Assembly: GCA_951406725.2 (NCBI GenBank)
Contig: OX597819.1
Coordinates: 96,906,001 to 96,970,000 of the forward strand
Source of the DNA: Octopus vulgaris
Lineage: Eukaryota
Direction: 5' to 3'
DNA: 64,000 bases
Positions 1 through 13,429 of the stretch are shown piece after piece. The notes under the pieces are model-generated. The model was not told the origin of the DNA. It did no database searches and worked only from the letters and a program-made list of their open reading frames with translations. Numbering within the stretch: position 1 is the stretch's first letter; every line of letters starts with the position of its first letter. Both the position numbers and the translations under genes were made by a program.

Positions 1-109
1 ACATATATATATATATACATACATTCTTTATACATATATATATACATACATATATATATGTGTGTGTATATGTGTGTATATGTATGTATGTATGTATGCA
101 TGTATGTAT

Positions 110-405
110 GTCATTATTCAGTTTTATTTCAAGATTTCTTACCAAATGGGACAGTTTCTAACCTAGATCCAAGGCTCCTTCACCGGAATTTCAACAACAC
201 CAGCAGGGTATTTATGTATGTATTTTAGAAAAATATGAATTATCCTTGTGGCACTGTAATTGTCTTTTTTATAATTTGTTCCAGGACTATCCAGGGAGCT
301 ACCATTATCACCGGTATAAAATTTATAGCCCCGTGATTTGTAAGTAATTTGATAAGTGCTAACGCACGAAATTCTCGGCCCTTGGGTCACTCTGTTACTT
401 CTTCC
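110..405 (-). mobile_element. 3' fragment of a REL-endonuclease non-LTR retrotransposon (R4/Dong-like; clade uncertain)
   Basis: Minus strand reads a degenerate '..FIPVIMVAPWIV..', resembling the REL C-terminal 'VPVIIGALG' motif. It is followed by a 3' UTR ending 'gaaataaaactgaataat' and a (TACA)n tract. Confidence 0.4.
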
Positions 406-407
406 AT

Positions 408-517
408 ATATGTGTGTATGTATGTGTGTGTGCGTGTTTATATGTGTATAGACAGACAGACAGACAGACAGACAGATAGATAGACAGACAGACAGACAGA
501 CACACAGACAGACAGAC

Positions 518-588
<71 letters not shown>

Positions 589-627
589 GAAAAAGAGAGA
601 GAGAGAGAGAAAGAGAGAGAAAGAGAG
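408..627. repeat. Compound microsatellite (TG/GACA/GATA/GA)
   Basis: Directly visible; representative of dozens of such tracts in the window. Confidence 0.95.
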
Positions 628-1003
628 TTATTAATAAAGGATTATCAATCCAGGCAAAATACTTCTTAATCTCGCTGTTAGTTCAGAAACGCCAAGCAAA
701 CAAAAAGTCTTCATAATGATATAGAACTCCAAGTAATCCTAAGGCAAAAACCGAAATTGAAGTCCATCACCAGCCGACTTTGTAAACCTATGGCTGCATT
801 CTCCAGTTAATATGGTAAGTATTTGCAGTAAATAATTGGGTTTACATATTTATTTGCACCTCGTATACTCACAACTGTTTCTGATATGTATTATTAGGTG
901 CATAGTTCCCTTTACTCAATCGGTCGTCTGAACAATTGAAAAAATTGAGCGACCTTAAGAAATACTATTATCTTCAGAGTAAAGCTCATTATTTATGTCT
1001 TTC

Positions 1004-1061
<58 letters not shown>

Positions 1062-1179
1062 GTGAAGTATATTTGCCACTTAAATGTAGCTAACCCTTAA
1101 GGGTGGGTGCTAGTATAGCCTGTAGCCCCAGGAAGACACCTCCTCCAACCGGCTATTGACATATATATATATATATATT

Positions 1180-1420
1180 ATTATGGCTGCCGCCTCGTTA
1201 TCGAGTATGGCCATTGCACGAAGCTTAACTGTTACTGGTGCTGTGATCGAATGTGACTTTTTAGCTCAGCCAAAGATCTACAATGTCTTGTACAAAATTG
1301 GCAACTAAAACCTTTACCGGTAATAGCCGGCTTTAGTTGTAACTGGGCTTCATGTACATTTGCATGTCGTTTAAGTCCTCCTGCCGAATTACTCTCTCTT
1401 CCACATGCCCGACAGATATA
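1180..1420 (-). mobile_element. 5'-truncated RTE-like LINE 3' end encoding two C2H2 zinc fingers
   Basis: Reads YICRACGRESNSAGGLKRHANVH...FSCQFCTRHCRSLAELKSHIRSQHQ* (stop at 1232), then a short 3' UTR and a TAA/TA tail. The CxxC..CRS..GL.SH.R.H ending is typical of RTE ORF C-termini. Confidence 0.7.
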
Positions 1421-1889
1421 CATACATACATACATACATACATACATACATACATACATACATACATACATGCATACATACATAAATTAGCATATATATA
1501 CATGTGTGTGCGTATCTGCGCATGTGTATATAAAAGAATTTTCATAACTTTAAATCAAAAGAAATCAATAAGGGATCGGTTGAGCAATGTTCATAATGAT
1601 TGTGATATAAGCTGGTATATTCCTGGCATAGTTATGAGGTAAGTCCGTATTACTGATACCAGATAGTAGTTTAAAGCTGGTCATCATAGATCAAATGTGT
1701 GTGTGTGTGTGCGTGTGCGTGTGTGTATAACACGCACATATATCTATATTAAGAATGGGTTATAAAATGCTTATGCGAGCGTGATCAGGTTGTCACCAAG
1801 TAGTGCTCAGAGAAGTCCGAATCTTAGACACCAGCCTCTTCATCAGCGTTAGACATCGTAGAGTTAGAAATTTGGCTATAAGAGCGCTC

Positions 1890-1941
<52 letters not shown>

Positions 1942-2149
1942 GTGTGTTGTATACGTATATATATACATACATACACACATACACATTAATATTCATGAGC
2001 GTATGTATGTGTGTCAGTGAGCTTTTGTGTTTGTCTCTATGCCATCACTTGACAACCGGTGCTTGTTTGTTTACGTTCCCGGAACATAGCGGTTCGGCCT
2101 TAGTAACTGGTAAAGTAAGTAACAATTTTTTTTTTAAATAATAAATACC

Positions 2150-2379
2150 TATCTCTTTACTACCCACAATGGGCTAAACACAGAGAGGACAAACAAGGAC
2201 AGACAAAGGGATTAAGTCGATTATATCGACCCCAGTGCGTAACTGGTACTTAATTTATCGACCCCGAAAGGATGAAAAGCAAAGTCGACCTCGACGGAAT
2301 TTGAACTCAGAATGTAACGGCAGACGAAATACGGCTACGCATTTCGCCCGGCGTGCTAACGTTTCTGCCAGCTCGCCAC
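2150..2379 (-). mobile_element. tRNA-derived SINE, family A, with 18-bp TSD, inserted into an older family-B SINE remnant
   Basis: Head has A/B-box-like 'tggcagaaacgttagc..gagttcaaattcc' and the body 'tttcatcctttcggggtcgataaa'. TSD ttttaaataataaatacc at 2132-2149 and 2380-2397. Confidence 0.9.
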
Positions 2380-2964
2380 TTTTAAATAATAAATACCGGT
2401 GCCGATTTTTTTTGGACTAAAACTCTTTAAGGCCGCAGTCCATTAACTGAAAGAATTAAAAGATGCAAAGACAAAAGACTTGATATTGTGGTGGTGGTGG
2501 TGAGGAGGAACACATCGGACTATGTAACGTTTATATGTTTCTTTCCCGAGAGCAATGCTGTCATGACTTAAATATTAAAACATAGCTTTCCGGAAGTTTC
2601 AGACATTCTTTACAGTTCGCCAACTGTCGGATGATTTTGACAATGAAATAAGGTCACGAAGGAAGGAAATAACAATTGTAAATATAAAGATCGAGTGTTC
2701 GAATTATTGGGATGCTGTTTGCTGGGTTGCCATGACAACTTTTTTTATTACAGGAAGAGTGGGGGGAAATGTAGTTAGCGCCATGCTGAATTTATGCTGA
2801 TGTGTAAAGGTCATATTAATGCTACAACAAGGGTGATGGTGGTCGTGGTGGCGGCGGTGATGGTGGTTATGGTATAGTGGTGGTAGCGATGGTAATTGTG
2901 ATGATGATGATGATGATGATGGTAGTGATAGTAGAGATTGTGATTATTATTGTACTGGTGGCCA

Positions 2965-3016
<52 letters not shown>

Positions 3017-3139
3017 GGTGATGTGATGTGATGACGGGGCTACTATTTGTGATAATGGTGGGTGGTGGGCTGTCTAAATAATAACGGGGATGGTCACGGA
3101 TGTCTGGTGATCAGGGTGAAATGTGCTGATACTACTACA

Positions 3140-3224
<85 letters not shown>

Positions 3225-3226
<2 letters not shown>

Positions 3227-3438
3227 CCTTCCTGCTATAGGCACAAGGCCTGAAATTTGTGGTGAGGAGATTAGTTGATTACATCGACCCCAGTGTTTAA
3301 CTGGTACTTAATTTATCGACCTCGAAAGGATGAAAGGCAAAATCGACCTCGGCGGAATTTGAACTTAGAACGCAGCGACGGGCAAATTACCGCTAAGCAT
3401 TTTGCCCTACGTGCTAACAACTCTGCCTGCTCGCCGCC

Positions 3439-3440
<2 letters not shown>
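3225..3440 (-). mobile_element. SINE family A (alternative 3' tail), in (AAT)n
   Basis: Same head and body as 2150-2379; tail 'aaatttcaggccttgtgcctatagcaggaagg'. Confidence 0.85.
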
Positions 3441-3486
<46 letters not shown>

Positions 3487-3487
<1 letters not shown>

Positions 3488-4822
3488 TTTCTTTTATTTG
3501 TCACTATGGAGAAGGGTGAGGGGACAATAGAAAGACAGATATAAAGTGTGGAGGTTTACATATAATAATGAAATGATAAAGTAAAAAGTATACATAGTAT
3601 ATGACACTAGAAAAAGAGGAAAAAAAAGATCGTGATGGGGGATTCCCCTGATTCGTGAGGACCTCTAGGGATAATCAAGGAACCCAAGATCACCCTGAGT
3701 ACCAAGGACGAAAGTCCACTCCAACTCATTTCTTCCGACTCACAGGTCTGCATTGAGTACGGTACCATCCACTCTTGCCATTTTTGCAACTTTCATCCAC
3801 CTTTTGATAAATTCACTCGAGGACAGCACCTCCCTCTCTACCCTCACTTTCCTTTTTAAGTGAAACTTGAAAAAAAATCGATGACGGCTTTACCAAAGAG
3901 GAAAGTTTCTGTCCTCATTTCTTTCAGCCTTGTCCACCAGATAACCTCTTTCGCCACAGCCACCAGACAAAAGAAAACTGCCTTGCCAGCCCCATTAAAG
4001 GAGGGCGGCAGGGTAATCATCATTATGGACTCGGACGACAGACGAATCTGTCCTACACGCGAAAGCAGCTGTTCGACATAACTCCATAACTCAGTAATGC
4101 CCGTGACTGTAGAGTTTATCTCGAACCGGTAGCACCCCACCCCCGGTAGCACTGCTAGGCCAAAGACATCTGGAAATTATCTATAACAGTCCCCGACCGG
4201 AAAGTCCTCCGGAATAGAGTTGCCAGTTCGTCTTCGTTGACGCCTAGGGTCTCCCCGAGGACGTCGTCGCACTTCCCCGCAACTAATCCTCGGTAAATAT
4301 CTGAAGTGGAACATCTACCGATTCTGTTGCTCGACTTGTAGAGGACAGCGAGCTCCTGACGACATTCTAAGTGTCAGGCGCACAGTCTCGACCTATCCTT
4401 TACCCAAGACTGCAGCTCTGTCAAGGAGACGAGCTGCAGAATGCATGTCTCACAAACCGAGCCCACACACGTTTGCCTTCTAGAAATCGCTGCAGGTGGA
4501 CATGTCTGTGCATTAAAATCCATGGCATGCCTAAGCCGCCACGCAAAGGAAGTTGGCAGCAGACTGACCGCCTGACCATTGGAACGTGTCCTTTCCACAA
4601 AAGAATAAACAAGTTACGCTCCAATCTAATCACGCAGTAACTGGGACAAGGCACAACAGTCAGACGATAAATAATGACAGAGGCGATGTAGGCATTCGTC
4701 ACTTCTGCCCGACCTTTCAAGGACAACTTCCTCTCTGCCCATTTCTGGGTAAGTGAGGTCACGCTGTTCGTCACCTCTTCCCAGTTCTTATACACCTGGA
4801 GGTCGGGACCAAACCAGATCCC
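3487..4822 (-). mobile_element. 5'-truncated Tx1/L1-clade LINE (ORF2 C-terminal part plus 3' UTR), disrupted
   Basis: Reads GIWFGPDL..NWEEV..W.ERKLSLKGRAEV.N.YIASVIIYRL..LWKG..GGLGMP, later HLKRKVRVEREVLSSSEFIKRWMKVA, and ends in aataaaagaaat plus a TAA-type tail. Confidence 0.88.
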
Positions 4823-4987
4823 GTGCATTTAAATGGAGAATTTGGTATGTTTATTTTAAAGGCCCACCAATGTTATACAGTGCGTTTCTTTGCCCTAGGT
4901 ATCAAGAAAACTCGGCAAGAAATGGAAACAGAACTGAAAGATGATAATGGAAATAGAAATAATAATAATCATAATAATAATAATAAT

Positions 4988-5202
4988 GGTTTCAAATCTT
5001 TCTACAAGGGCAGCCATTTTGGTGGGAGGGGATAAGTCCATTAAATTGATCTCAGTGTTTCACTGGTACTTAATTTATCGACCCCGAAAGTATGAAAGAC
5101 AAAGTCAACCTCGGCGGAACTTGAACTCAGAACGTAGCGATGAGCGAAATGCCCCTAAACATTTCGTCCAACACGCTAACGATTCTGCCAGCTCGCAGCC
5201 TT
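4988..5202 (-). mobile_element. SINE family A
   Basis: Homologous to the other family-A copies. Confidence 0.85.
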
Positions 5203-5216
5203 TAATAATAATAATA

Positions 5217-5285
<69 letters not shown>

Positions 5286-5309
5286 TCTTTACTACCCACA
5301 AGGGGCTAT

Positions 5310-5686
5310 AATAATAACAATTTCCTTATTAACCACAAGGGTTTACATAAAAAAAATATTATGGACAGCACAGGACAAAACAAAAATGTGTGAGCATGTG
5401 TTGTGAGGGTTTTGCATGTAAACAAGACTATCAAAAAAATTAACAATGTGTAATCCTCAATAGGAAGGAGACGTTCGCGGGCTGCTTATGGAAACCCTCC
5501 ATAAAAACCATGGGTACCCTGACTTTTGGGGTAAGTGCCTTCTTTTCTTTCCTTTTTTTTCCAACTACAGGCGTATGCTCAGGGCAGACCCGTTCACTCG
5601 CACCATCCTCGCCACTTTCATCCACCTTTCTGCAAACTGGCTAGAAGACAACACTTCCCTATCTACCCTTATTTTCCTTTTCAAGT
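5310..5686 (-). mobile_element. Second Tx1 LINE 3' end fragment
   Basis: LKRKIRVDREVLSSSQFAERWMKVARMVRVNGSALSIRL* is paralogous to the end of the 3487-4822 ORF2; the 3' UTR ends 'cccttgtggttaataaggaaat'. Confidence 0.8.
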
Positions 5687-5787
5687 TCTTTCATGCACAT
5701 ATTTTGTCTTTGTGCAAAAGATGGGTTACAGCAAATATTCTGCTCAGTACCACAGATTTGCTTGTCAGTTGTTTGACCTTAACCAGT

Positions 5788-6098
<311 letters not shown>

Positions 6099-6125
6099 AT
6101 ATATGCATATATATTCATATATGTA

Positions 6126-6205
<80 letters not shown>

Positions 6206-6278
6206 TGCATTTACACACACATACACACGTGCACACACACATACACACACACATACACACACACACATACATACATAC

Positions 6279-6327
<49 letters not shown>

Positions 6328-6505
6328 CACACACGATAAAGTTAACTGGAGACTGCATTAAAGAAGGATTTGGATAAAGACAAAACAAGAAGTTGAAAAA
6401 TAAAGATAAAAGCCGTCAGAATGAATGCCTTCAACTGCATCAACTGTTGTGTTGTTTCTTTCCATGTAATTAAATCTTGTATACACCATTTTCATTAGCA
6501 GGTAA

Positions 6506-6870
6506 TCCAGTAACAGAATGTATTATCTTAGCTGCACATGACAAATATCTGGCCGCAAATTAATACAAAAATAAAATAATCAGCAAAGAGGCTTACTGGA
6601 AGTGCTGACTATGCAATGAGAATAATGAGCCACGTGCCGAAATCATCTTTGATTGTCCAGTCTTTGCCCAACCCCGAGTCTATTAACAATTACGGATCAG
6701 TCGGAAGCTGCACTCACAGAGCAATGCCATGTAAAAACTGACTAGAAGAGGTAAACATGCTAAACACGGTACAAGATAACGACTCGTGACATGTCTTCTG
6801 GGATATGTCTTTTTTTTTTCGAACTGATAAGAAGATCAAGAAAACCGTGCAGATTTAAATATCAAGGACT
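6506..6870 (+). pseudogene. R4/Dong-clade non-LTR relic (post-RT CCHC region)
   Basis: PVTECIILAAHDKYLAAN*YKNKIISK..KC*LCNENNEPRAEIIFDCPVFAQ resembles the R4/Dong pattern 'ETEGFILAAQDQ.L.T.NY..KCRLC...ET..HI..GCP.LA'. Confidence 0.7.
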
Positions 6871-7933
6871 AGAAAATCTTTTTCGCGTGAGAAGGAATAC
6901 TTCTCCCTACTCTCTTCAGTAGCGCGTTGGTTTAGCAAAGTAATAAAAAAAATTCTCCTCAAACAACAACTTGTTGCTTTCTTTTCCCGAAACACTTATT
7001 TTTTAAGGGTATTATTTTTACAAAGGATAAGCACCTACCAACCTCACCAGTAATTATAGATTCAAAATGTGAACGTATGATCTGGGTAAAGTATAAAAAA
7101 TTTTCTCTTTCTTACTGAATTTAAATAAAATATTCCCAACCGATTGGCTGTTGACCTTCACAATATTTCATCGTTTTTGTTGTGCGTTTATTTCCATATA
7201 GTTAAATCTTGTTTTGTGTATTTTCATTAGCAGGCAATTTGATTAAGAGTTTTCAGTGATATATATTTTGTATCGGAAAGTATGGACTCACCCCACATCA
7301 CAAATATTGTCTCAATTCATTTCAAAACAATGTTTCCTAAGAATAGCATTGTGTATATTTTAGTAAATTCGACATACTGTATACGGTTGTAACAATATAT
7401 TTATAACTCGTGGGAAAACTACTGAACAAATGTGCACAGACTTTCTCAGATATCTCACATAAACACAATTTTAAGTACATCATGGGAGTTTAAACTCTTC
7501 TCTATGTCTTTTGTTCAATTGATATGCATCTGTGTATGTATGTGTGCATAAAGGAAGTATGAGGATATAGTCTGTATATATATATACATGTATATTTTCT
7601 CTTCTTTATTGAACATTTAAAGTTTAATGACCAGCTGTCTACTTGGAAGTACATCTATAAAAGAATACACATTAAATGAGTCTTGTTCTTTGTACCATGG
7701 TATTTTTCACACAAACATTCGCTCTTTAAATTTAAGTTTTTGAAGATTTTATTGTCCCAGATACCTTAATCATTTGCAACGTATGAATTATGTAGCTAAG
7801 ATTTGAAATTAGCATGTGGCTACATATTCTGTCCATCCAATAATAATAGCTCTAAAACTGAAAGTGTGTTTTAGATACTGGCGTTGGAAACTCCTCATCA
7901 ATGATCCATAGAGCTCATTATTTCACCACAATA

Positions 7934-8150
7934 AGGTAGCGAGCTGGCGGAGTTATCAGCACGCCGGGCAAAATGCTTTGCGACATTTCGTCCGCGTTTA
8001 CGCACTGAGTTCAAATTCTGCCGAGGTCGATTTTGCCTTTCATCCTTTCGGTGTCGATGAAATAAGTACCAGTTAAGCACTTTGGTCGATTTAATCGACT
8101 GGCTCTCTTCTCCAAAATTTCAGGCCTTGTGCCTATAGTAGAAAGAATTA
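7934..8150 (+). mobile_element. SINE family A
   Basis: Full head, body and tail homology to the other copies. Confidence 0.85.
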
Positions 8151-8324
8151 TTCCACCACAATGACAGTTTTGGGTTTCCAGTTTACAGATCCTCTCAAGT
8201 TTTATTAATTTTCTTTTTTTTTTTTTTTAAGTACGCTAGTGCAGAAATTCTGTCTTCAGACCAATGATTGATACAGTAAAAGAATTGAGTCTACTGCTAA
8301 AATTTAAGAGAATCAGGAAATAGT

Positions 8325-8618
8325 TGTTGTTTGTTCCTTCTCAAGCCATGCCTGGCTCATATGGGCCGGTTTCACGGTTTCTTTAGCGTATAGGTTCCCC
8401 ACCTGGACGGGACGCCGGTCCGTCGCAGGTGAGCTGCAAGATGCAGGAGGAAAGAGTGAAGGAAAGTTGTGGCGAAAGAGTCAGCAGAAGTTTCGCCATT
8501 ACCTTCTGCCGGAACCGCGTGGAGCTCATAAACACACACATCGCCTGGTCTGAGATTCGAACCTGCGATCCCTCGACCGCGAGTCCGCTGCTCTAACCAC
8601 TAGGCCATGTGCCTTCAC
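8325..8618 (-). mobile_element. SINE family C variant (tRNA head, hybrid 3' module) with 14-bp TSD
   Basis: Head 'tggcctagtggttagagcagcggactcgcggtcgagggatcgcaggttcgaatctc'. TSD aatcaggaaatagt at 8311-8324 and 8619-8632. Confidence 0.88.
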
Positions 8619-9240
8619 AATCAGGAAATAGTATATAGCAATGTCCGTTTCTTCTCTAACAAAGCCATGCAAAATTAAAGGATTCAAGTAGTGTATTAAT
8701 GTAATGGAGTAATTTAATGTGGTTTACCATATTGTTTGAACATCATTGTTATTGTTTCTTTCCATTGGCTGAATGTATTACCAAATATGGTATTTGCGTG
8801 TGTTCTAAATATGTTTGCTTTACTTTTTTGTATATAGGCGCATACATGTCTGTGTGATTAAGAAGCTCGCTTTACAGCCACGTGGCAACTTGGGAGGAAA
8901 TTTGGGTGACAGAAACTGTGTGGAAGCCCGTCGTACATGGGCGTGTTGATGTTTCTGTTTATCCCCGTAACTTAGCGGTTTCGGCAAAAGAGACCGATAG
9001 AATAAATACCACCAGGCTTCAGAAAAAATAGGCATTGAGATCAATTTTTTTGACTTAACTCACCATGGCCACCGTCGAGTGACTGGATGAAGCAAGTGAT
9101 AGAAAATATATATACTGCAAATGTTGTAAGGGTTGCATGTCATTTTAATCTTCTTGTACAATATGTGTGTGTATGCTCACGCGTTCAGTATTTATGTTGT
9201 TGAATAACGTGATTTAGTGTATTTAATGATCTCTGGTATT

Positions 9241-9473
9241 TATTTGTTTACTACCCACAAGGGGCTAAACACAGAGAGGACAAACAAGAACAGACAAACG
9301 GATTAAGTCGATTATATCGACCCCAGTGCGTAACGGTACTTAATTTATCGCACCCGAAAGGATGAAAGGCAAAGTCGACCTCGGCAGAATTTGAACTCAG
9401 AACGTAACGGCAGAGGAAATACGGCTACGCATTTCGCCCGGCGTGCTAACGTTTCTGCCAGCTTGCTGCCTTT
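9241..9473 (-). mobile_element. SINE family A with 15-bp TSD
   Basis: TSD atgatctctggtatt at 9226-9240 and 9474-9488. Confidence 0.9.
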
Positions 9474-9906
9474 ATGATCTCTGGTATTGCCAGCGGAAAA
9501 AATTAGGAAGCTTTTTTTTTTAAATCTGTTTCTCTGAAACCCGGGTTTTGGAGGATTTTGTGTTGGAATAGTTATGAGACGGTTGTATCAGAAGAATTGT
9601 ATGAGAATGTTAGAGCTCTGTCTTTTGTGTACTTGCAACGTATATGATTTGAGATGTGAGGAGGTCGGATCGTCTCTGTATACAAAGGTGGGAGGACAGA
9701 TATTTGTGGTACTGCATTTGGGACATTGAAAGCACTGGAATTGTTTTTAGCCCTCTATATAGTCTTAGAGAGATGATAGGTAGATTGTCGGGTAGATTGT
9801 CAGGTGATTTAGAGAAGAATGTGTGTTGGGGTGGGGCTTAGTAACATCCAGAATACGGCTTTCCAAAATATTTGGGATCGAACATAAGAAGGTTATATGT
9901 ATCTTA

Positions 9907-10160
9907 GTGGAGGCGCGTGGCTTAGTGGTTAGGGTGTCAGCATCATGATCGTAAGATTGTGGTTTCGATTCCTGGACCGGGCGACGCATCGTGTTCTTGA
10001 GCAAAACACTTCATTTCACGTTGCTCCAGTCCACTCAGCTGGCAAAAGTGAATAACGCTGCGGTGGACTGGCGTCCCGTCCAGCTGGGGAACACATACAC
10101 CATTGAAACCGGGAAACCGGGCCCATGAGCCTGGTTAGGCTTTAAAAGGGCGCATTTATT
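9907..10160 (+). mobile_element. tRNA-derived CORE-like SINE
   Basis: A box 'tggcttagtgg', B box 'gtttcgattcc', CORE-like 'gtgttcttgagcaaaacactt'; flanked by atatgtatc repeats. Confidence 0.85.
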
Positions 10161-10402
10161 TATTATAATATGTATCATACTACTTCACTTGGTCTTTGGT
10201 TGAGCTTTAGAGTTGTGATGACACTTTCTTGATTCCAAGTTCTGGTGGTTTGGAAATACCGTTAGTTTTTATCGCATTTACCTGTGATAGTTCTTGTTAT
10301 AATCATCTTTGTTGTTGTTATTAGTGTCGTCGTCGTCTTCTTTTCCTTTTCCTTCTTCTTCTTCTTCTTCTTCTTCTTCTTCTTCTTCTTCTTCTTCTTC
10401 TT

Positions 10403-10874
10403 CCAATCAGAACTCACGCCATTAGCCACAAAGAATAATCTCTAATTCGAGCCTACTCTAAGCTACTAAGAATGCGTGTGACAACTTGAAGATCCACCCA
10501 CCACACGCGATAGACAGGCGGTTGCACGGGCGCGAAAGCTATGTTGTTATCCTCATTCCGTAAACGGTGGCTTTTAACGGGTGGAGAGCTGAACCATCCT
10601 GGGGTACAGAGGATTCGCAATCTAGACTAGGGTCTGAAAGTTTAGCACACCATAGTGGGTTACACCATGGTTTCTCTGCTTTGTGGCAGAAGTATGAAGA
10701 AAGAGTGAGAGAATGTTGAAAGAGTACAGCGGGGTTCACCACCACCCGCCGGAGCCTCATGGAGCTTAGGTGTTTTTGCTCAATAAACACCCACAATACC
10801 CGGTCTGGGAATCGAAACTGAGTTCTTACGACCGCGAGTCCGTTGCCCTAACCACTGGGCCATTGCGCCTCCAC
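10403..10874 (-). mobile_element. SINE family C variant with a long distinct 3' module and (GAA)n tail
   Basis: Head and first ~190 nt match 47146 and 57078; the remainder is unrelated to them. Confidence 0.8.
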
Positions 10875-11499
10875 CGTCGTTGTCGTCGTAGTTGTTGTTG
10901 TTGTTGTCGTCGTTGTTATATTTATCTTTATTGCAGCCGTTGGTGATCTTGCTGTAGTTGTTGTGTTCTTGCTATGTCAAGTGATATTGCTATTCAACCC
11001 CAAATCAACAGTCATTGAGCCGGCCTTTGATCAAGGGCATTGCATCCGTGACCATCAGAGGTACCCAAAGCTAGATTCGGTGCTGAATAACCAAAAGAGA
11101 ATTTTCTCAAACGTATGATAATTTTCTAAACCTTTCAAAGGTTTTTCTACAATTTAGCAGAATTTTCCAGTGATACAAACAGTATGTGACAGCATTCCCT
11201 ACAGTTTGTGAGACCCACAAGATATATTTCAGCAAATCTGTCAGGAATCAAGACTAACTCTGGTCAGTTTATTTCACCAACGAACACGGTAAAAACGCTA
11301 AAATGTACGCGACAGATTTTTTGTTTGCATGAATGTCAAAATAATAATAATAATAATGATGATGATGATGATAATAACAATAACAATAATAATAATTTCC
11401 AGTGTTATAGAAAAATATATCGGATGTGAAATATATTTTACACATTAGTCACGGATAAAATGAATAAAAAATTTTCTCATTAACAATTTTAATTTACTC

Positions 11500-12510
11500 T
11501 TTTACATGAGGGTACAGAAGGGAGAGACAGTCATGAAGTTTGCTATTTCAAGAATTTGGCTGAAAACCACTACTTACTCAAGCAATCGTTTCTCCTGCAC
11601 GTGGACCCTTCCAAATATCAGGCTGACACGATTGCAACTGATATGTATCCGCACCTCCCATCATCCATCGCATCGGCGCTACACTGACCTGAGTTCCCCA
11701 CATCCACTGAGCCGAAGAGGGAAAACTAAATGTTTTCAGAACAACAACTGAACATGAGGAAGAAGATAAAGATCCAGATTGTAGTTTCAGAGGTGCAGCT
11801 AAGGAACTCCATACTTAATGAACTCACCGCCTTGATCAAAGATGTGGGCTTCACAAAGGCTCAAGCAGTGGAACTGGCTAGTTGAAAGTATGCAAGTCAC
11901 AAACCAAAGAAAGAGTCATATCGGTTTTTCAAAATTCTTCACTCATCAGGATGGCTTTTGCTTTTACTGTTACTGTTCAGTTCCAAGCAATCAGAATCAC
12001 CTGTAACCCAAACGAGGGGCGCTTCTTCATTGACAACTTATCCCGAAGCATCAAGCCGTGCTGCACCATCATCGAAAATGTATCTATCACCTCTGGCTCA
12101 CTTAATGCGGCCCAAAGAAGAGCACAACAGCATCAAAATCTTGCTTGATACTTTAAAGTATGATGAGTGTAGATGGGAGGTTATTGGAGACATCAAAATG
12201 GCAACACACCTGGTGGGTCTCCAAGGCGATTTTATCAAATTACCCTGATATTCTTGCCTTTGGGACAGCAAAGGAATCACAGTATGGGGAAGAACAACGG
12301 TAATAGTGAACCATTGGTCAACTCCTGGATGGTATTGTTTCCACTGCTGCACATAAAATTTGGTCTTAATTTGTTATGACTTGTATGTGCCTTCAAGAAT
12401 TCTTTTGTAAGGTGTTTGAGGCAAAGGTCAAACAGGTGTCATTGTCGGATCAAAGATAAAGACTATTTTGGACAGCACGAAATTTCTCAAGATGCTCAGT
12501 TCGAAGCATC
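11500..12510 (+). pseudogene. Chapaev3-type (CMC superfamily) DNA transposase pseudogene
   Basis: Fragments across frames: MKFAISRIW, RFFIDNLSRSIK, KEEHNSIKILLDTLKYDECRWEVIGDIKMATHLVGLQGDFIKLP*YSCLWDS, VLFPLLHIKFGL. These match the recalled family motifs LFIDSSK.SLKAVL, W.ICGDLK..LLG.Q.GYTK.PCFLC.WDSR and LPPLHIKLGL. Confidence 0.75.
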
Positions 12511-12648
12511 GTTACTGATTTTGTCGTTGTTTTTGTTGTCGTTGGTGATATTGTATTGGTGTTGTTGCAACTGTTGTTGTATGCTGTTTTATTTTATTTT
12601 TTTTATAAAAGGAAGAAAAATGAAGGATATTTCTGCTGCTGTTGCTCC

Positions 12649-12692
<44 letters not shown>

Positions 12693-13114
12693 CGTAGGAG
12701 GAAGACAAGGAGGAGGCTGGTGGTGATGAAAGTGGTGGCTGGTAGCGATGGTGATGCTGCTGCTGATGATGATATTGACAAAAACGGCGAAGTTGACGAT
12801 GAGGATGAAGCTGATGGTGTTGATGACGTTGTCGCTGCTATTGCTTGCTGTCATCAATGTATATGTTGTATGTAGAAATGCCAGTGAATGCAACAGACAT
12901 TTTACAATATTCCTTGAAAGATTAAACGGAATGAAAAGGTAAAGACGGTGTGGTGGGGGGGAGGGCAATAGAATGTGAATCAGAATATTAACCGGATTCA
13001 GCAAGATTCTGGATGATGATAGTGATGATGATGATGATGTAGAGGGGAAGGATTTTGATGTTGAAAATGACGACGACTACAAAGCTATATTTTAAAGAGC
13101 TGTTGTTGTTGTTG

Positions 13115-13159
<45 letters not shown>

Positions 13160-13429
13160 GAAATGAAAAAGAAAATGAAAAGATTATTTAGAATGCAAAA
13201 GAATTCTGTTGAATAAATCATCCAAATACGTCAGCGATATACATCTCACTGATTGATATACAGAAGAGAGAAAAAGAGAGAGAGAGAGAGAGAAAGAGAA
13301 GAATTGATATATACAGGGGATTGAGGGAGAGAGAGAGGAGGGGATTAATATACTTGGAAGAAAAGGAAAGAGAGTAACTGAAAGAGGTGAGTAAAAGGAG
13401 GGCGAATGAGAGAATACAAATGGAGAAGA

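Noticed and set aside
6450-7238. Diverged ~50-bp direct repeats (..ttttcattagcagg.aat) around the R4 relic
   Set aside because: Too long and diverged for a TSD; likely an old local duplication of unclear meaning.
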